From NCBI GenBank assembly GCA_021432655.1, contig MU271202.1, positions 44,602-108,601 of the forward strand: 64,000 nt of DNA. The letters are read 5' to 3'. Under the pieces are notes generated by a model. It made no database searches, was not told where the DNA came from, and saw only the letters and a program-made list of their open reading frames with translations. Positions 61,651-64,000 of this stretch are shown one piece after another. The DNA comes from Atractiella rhizophila (Eukaryota). The position numbers and the translations under genes were made by a program. Positions within the stretch are counted from its first letter, which is position 1; the number at the start of each line of letters is the position of its first letter.

Positions 61651-63513
61651 CTAGTCCAAGATACCTTGCATGCTGCTGGTCCTCTCATCCACTTTCTTAT
61701 ACTTCAGGATCCAGGGATGTCTCATCACCTCAGTAAGTGGAAGTCTATCATCCGGATTCTTTCTCAAGAGCTGTCCCGTTCAAACTTATCAGCAAATTTA
61801 GGAAAGCTTGAAGCAAACAAAACCCCACACGACAAATGAGGTCTTTCGCTTCCGGGCTAACATGTGAGGGAACACGAAAGTCTACAGCTGCAATCTTCTT
61901 ATACGTAGCTGACCGCCCCATGAAACAGATCTCATCAGCACGATAAAGGCAGTAGGAGAACGAAGACTGACTGTTCATCCCTTTCTCCTCAAAAGGAGGG
62001 CTGCCAACGAGGAACTCGAAAGTGAGAACACCCAAAGCCCAGTGGTCGACTTTTTCATTGTGCTCTCTGCCTTCCACCATCTCAGGTGGGAGGTAGTCTA
62101 GAGTACCACAGAGCGTAGTTCGCCTGATTGCGCGCCTTCAATTTCCTTAATCAAACAATGAAGGGAGAGCACGAACCGATTCGACGGTGCATGCACAGAC
62201 CATCCAAAGTCTCCGATCTTCAACTCTCCATTTATTCCCAACAAGAGATTCTCAGGCTTGATATCACGATGGATAACATGCTTCGAGTGGAGGTAGGCGA
62301 GCGCGTCAGCCATTTGGTGAATGTACTACGGTATTTCTAATGAGCAAACGCAGGATAGTCAAATGGGGTTTGGGAAAACGCACGCGGGAAGACCGTTTCT
62401 CGCTAAAGGAGCCGCGGTTGGAGAGTTGTTTGTACAGCTCCCCTTTGCCAGCGAATTCGAGCATGAGGAAGATTCGCTTCTCGTCATGAAAGTACCCGTA
62501 GAGTCTGAGGATGTTAGGATGCCTTTATCAATCGCAAGCGGCGACAGTCAAACCAATGTGACAAGCAATAGAGAAACAAGCAGACCTTAGGTTTTGCTGT
62601 ATTTCTATCTCCCGTCGTACTTGCTTTTCCACCTTGTTCTGCACCAATTCATGTTTGTACAAACATTTAAGGGCGAGGATGTAATGCGGCTCGAACTTCG
62701 TTCGCACCATATAGACTCGCCCAAACTTTCCCTTTCCAAGTGCTCTTCCGAGTTCGAAATCATTCAATGCAAGCTGAAAGGACGATCTTCCATCTGACGC
62801 TCCGTATCTTATCATCCAGCAAGTCGCTCAGGATCGATCTAGACAAATAGAGCTGAGGAAAAGCGCACCCATTATCGTCTTTTGCCTCCTCTACATCCTG
62901 CATCCTAAACTCTCCACTTCTATCCATCTCCCCATCCACCTCCATCTGAATGCTCCTTTCCCTTTCCTCCTCCTCCAATCCTCCATCGTATTCTCCGATC
63001 ATTCCTTCTGGGCCGTTTTCCTTCTCCTTTCTCAAAGGTCCTTGACCTACAGCAGCAGAAGCGGCGGACTTAATCGAATTATTCGTATTTGTCCTCTGAC
63101 GCACAGGCAAAGGTGCTGCTCCTCCGCGTCCAGAACCACGAACAGAACCACCACGACCTCGAGTAGCAGTAGCTATGGTTCCTGTGCGAGAGGGCGGCCG
63201 TGAGTTTGCATCTTGCGATGATGAAGATTGGCCAAGCTTGATAAGCGGAGGACGCGAGGTGGCAGATGTTTGAGAGGCGCTCTTCTGCAACGTCACAGGT
63301 CTTCCAGCTGCCGCTGCCGCTTTGTTTTGTTGAGCAAGTGCAAACTATTCCAATTCACTTTCGATCCCTGACGATTCATTTTGGCAAGAAAACACGTACC
63401 TTTGTCATCAGCTTTTTTGGAGCTGCCCCCTTACCAGCATTCTCGTCCCCAACTGCTAGACCAGACATGCCCTTCTCAATCGCTGATACCCTGTCAATGA
63501 CTCTTTGCGACAT
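61651..63513 (-). CDS. IPL1: Aurora serine/threonine kinase (Ipl1/Ark1)
   Basis: [67 protein letters not shown]. Confidence 0.96.
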
Positions 63514-63582
63514 CTTATATCCCTTCTTCCTTTAAGTCGCTGAGACCTCCAATCCGCTTGCTTTAGACGGGTGGAAACAAGT

Positions 63583-63714
63583 GTCGCGACAAAGTCACGT
63601 GCAGAATAAATCTTGCATAATAGGGTTAGGGACGAACAAGAACACGTCGCGACTCCTTTTTCAGCAAAAGTATCAACAAAGAAGCCTACAATCAGAGCAC
63701 CTGCAAGCGACGCG
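63583..63714. promoter_or_regulatory. Divergent promoter with CGCG boxes, GTCACGTG and a telomere-like TAGGGTTAGGG
   Basis: GTCGCGAC at 63583 and 63646, GTCACGTG at 63595, TAGGGTTAGGG at 63621-63631, ACGCG at about 63710. Confidence 0.4.
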
Positions 63715-63731
63715 ATTACGATCTCAAAACC

Positions 63732-64000
63732 ATGAATACCATCTTTCTGATATTCACACTATTTAATCCTCGAGCCCAGAAAGCCCCTCTTCCCCCGCCA
63801 TCACCTCCAACCGCCTTCGATTGCTGGGTCAAAGGATATCCCCAACCCGGCACAGAGGGGGAGGAAGAGGCACGTAAAAGGAAGATCTCAATTGGGACGG
63901 AGGGGAGTGAGAAAATTTGGACGTCAGCGAAGAAGATTAGGAGGTCGGGCAGTCCTTCAAAAGAGGTACGGGTCGCGATTTGATCTGAAACATACCTTGC
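63732..64000 (+). CDS. 5' part of a hypothetical gene running off the window
   Basis: 83-codon ORF with a probable donor GTACGG near 63966, divergent from Aurora kinase. Confidence 0.4.

Noticed and set aside
1..64000. Transposons, CRISPR arrays, rRNA and tRNA genes
   Set aside because: No transposase or RT motifs, terminal repeats, spacer arrays or cloverleafs recognised by eye. A tRNAscan or Rfam run could still find intron-containing tRNAs.

Overview
Gene-dense, intron-rich fungal nuclear DNA, most likely a basidiomycete (inferred from 45-80 nt introns with CTRAY branch points, an MP88-like mannoprotein and CBM5/12-bearing GH18 chitinases). About 22 spliced protein genes can be rebuilt by hand. 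They include a J-domain protein, a HAD phosphatase, a UFD4/TRIP12-type HECT ligase, a Zn2Cys6 factor, an Eps1-like PDI, a NACHT NTPase, two GH18 chitinases, an OPT transporter, a velvet protein, TIM23, RRP4, a BRCT protein, a GatC/GatF-like protein and Aurora kinase. No rRNA, tRNA, CRISPR array or transposon was recognised. The most striking signal is the 1,767-nt last intron of TIM23. Its sense strand carries a telomere-template-like 10-mer (CCUAACCCUA), several stems, a possible pseudoknot and an Sm-like site, making it a candidate intron-hosted telomerase RNA (unproven). Three other oversized introns (UFD4, Zn2Cys6, RRP4) may host ncRNAs. Two slightly diverged tandem duplications (about 2.0 and 1.5 kb) each have one extra A at the junction; they may be real or uncollapsed haplotypes. 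All gene models are manual and some 5' ends are uncertain.
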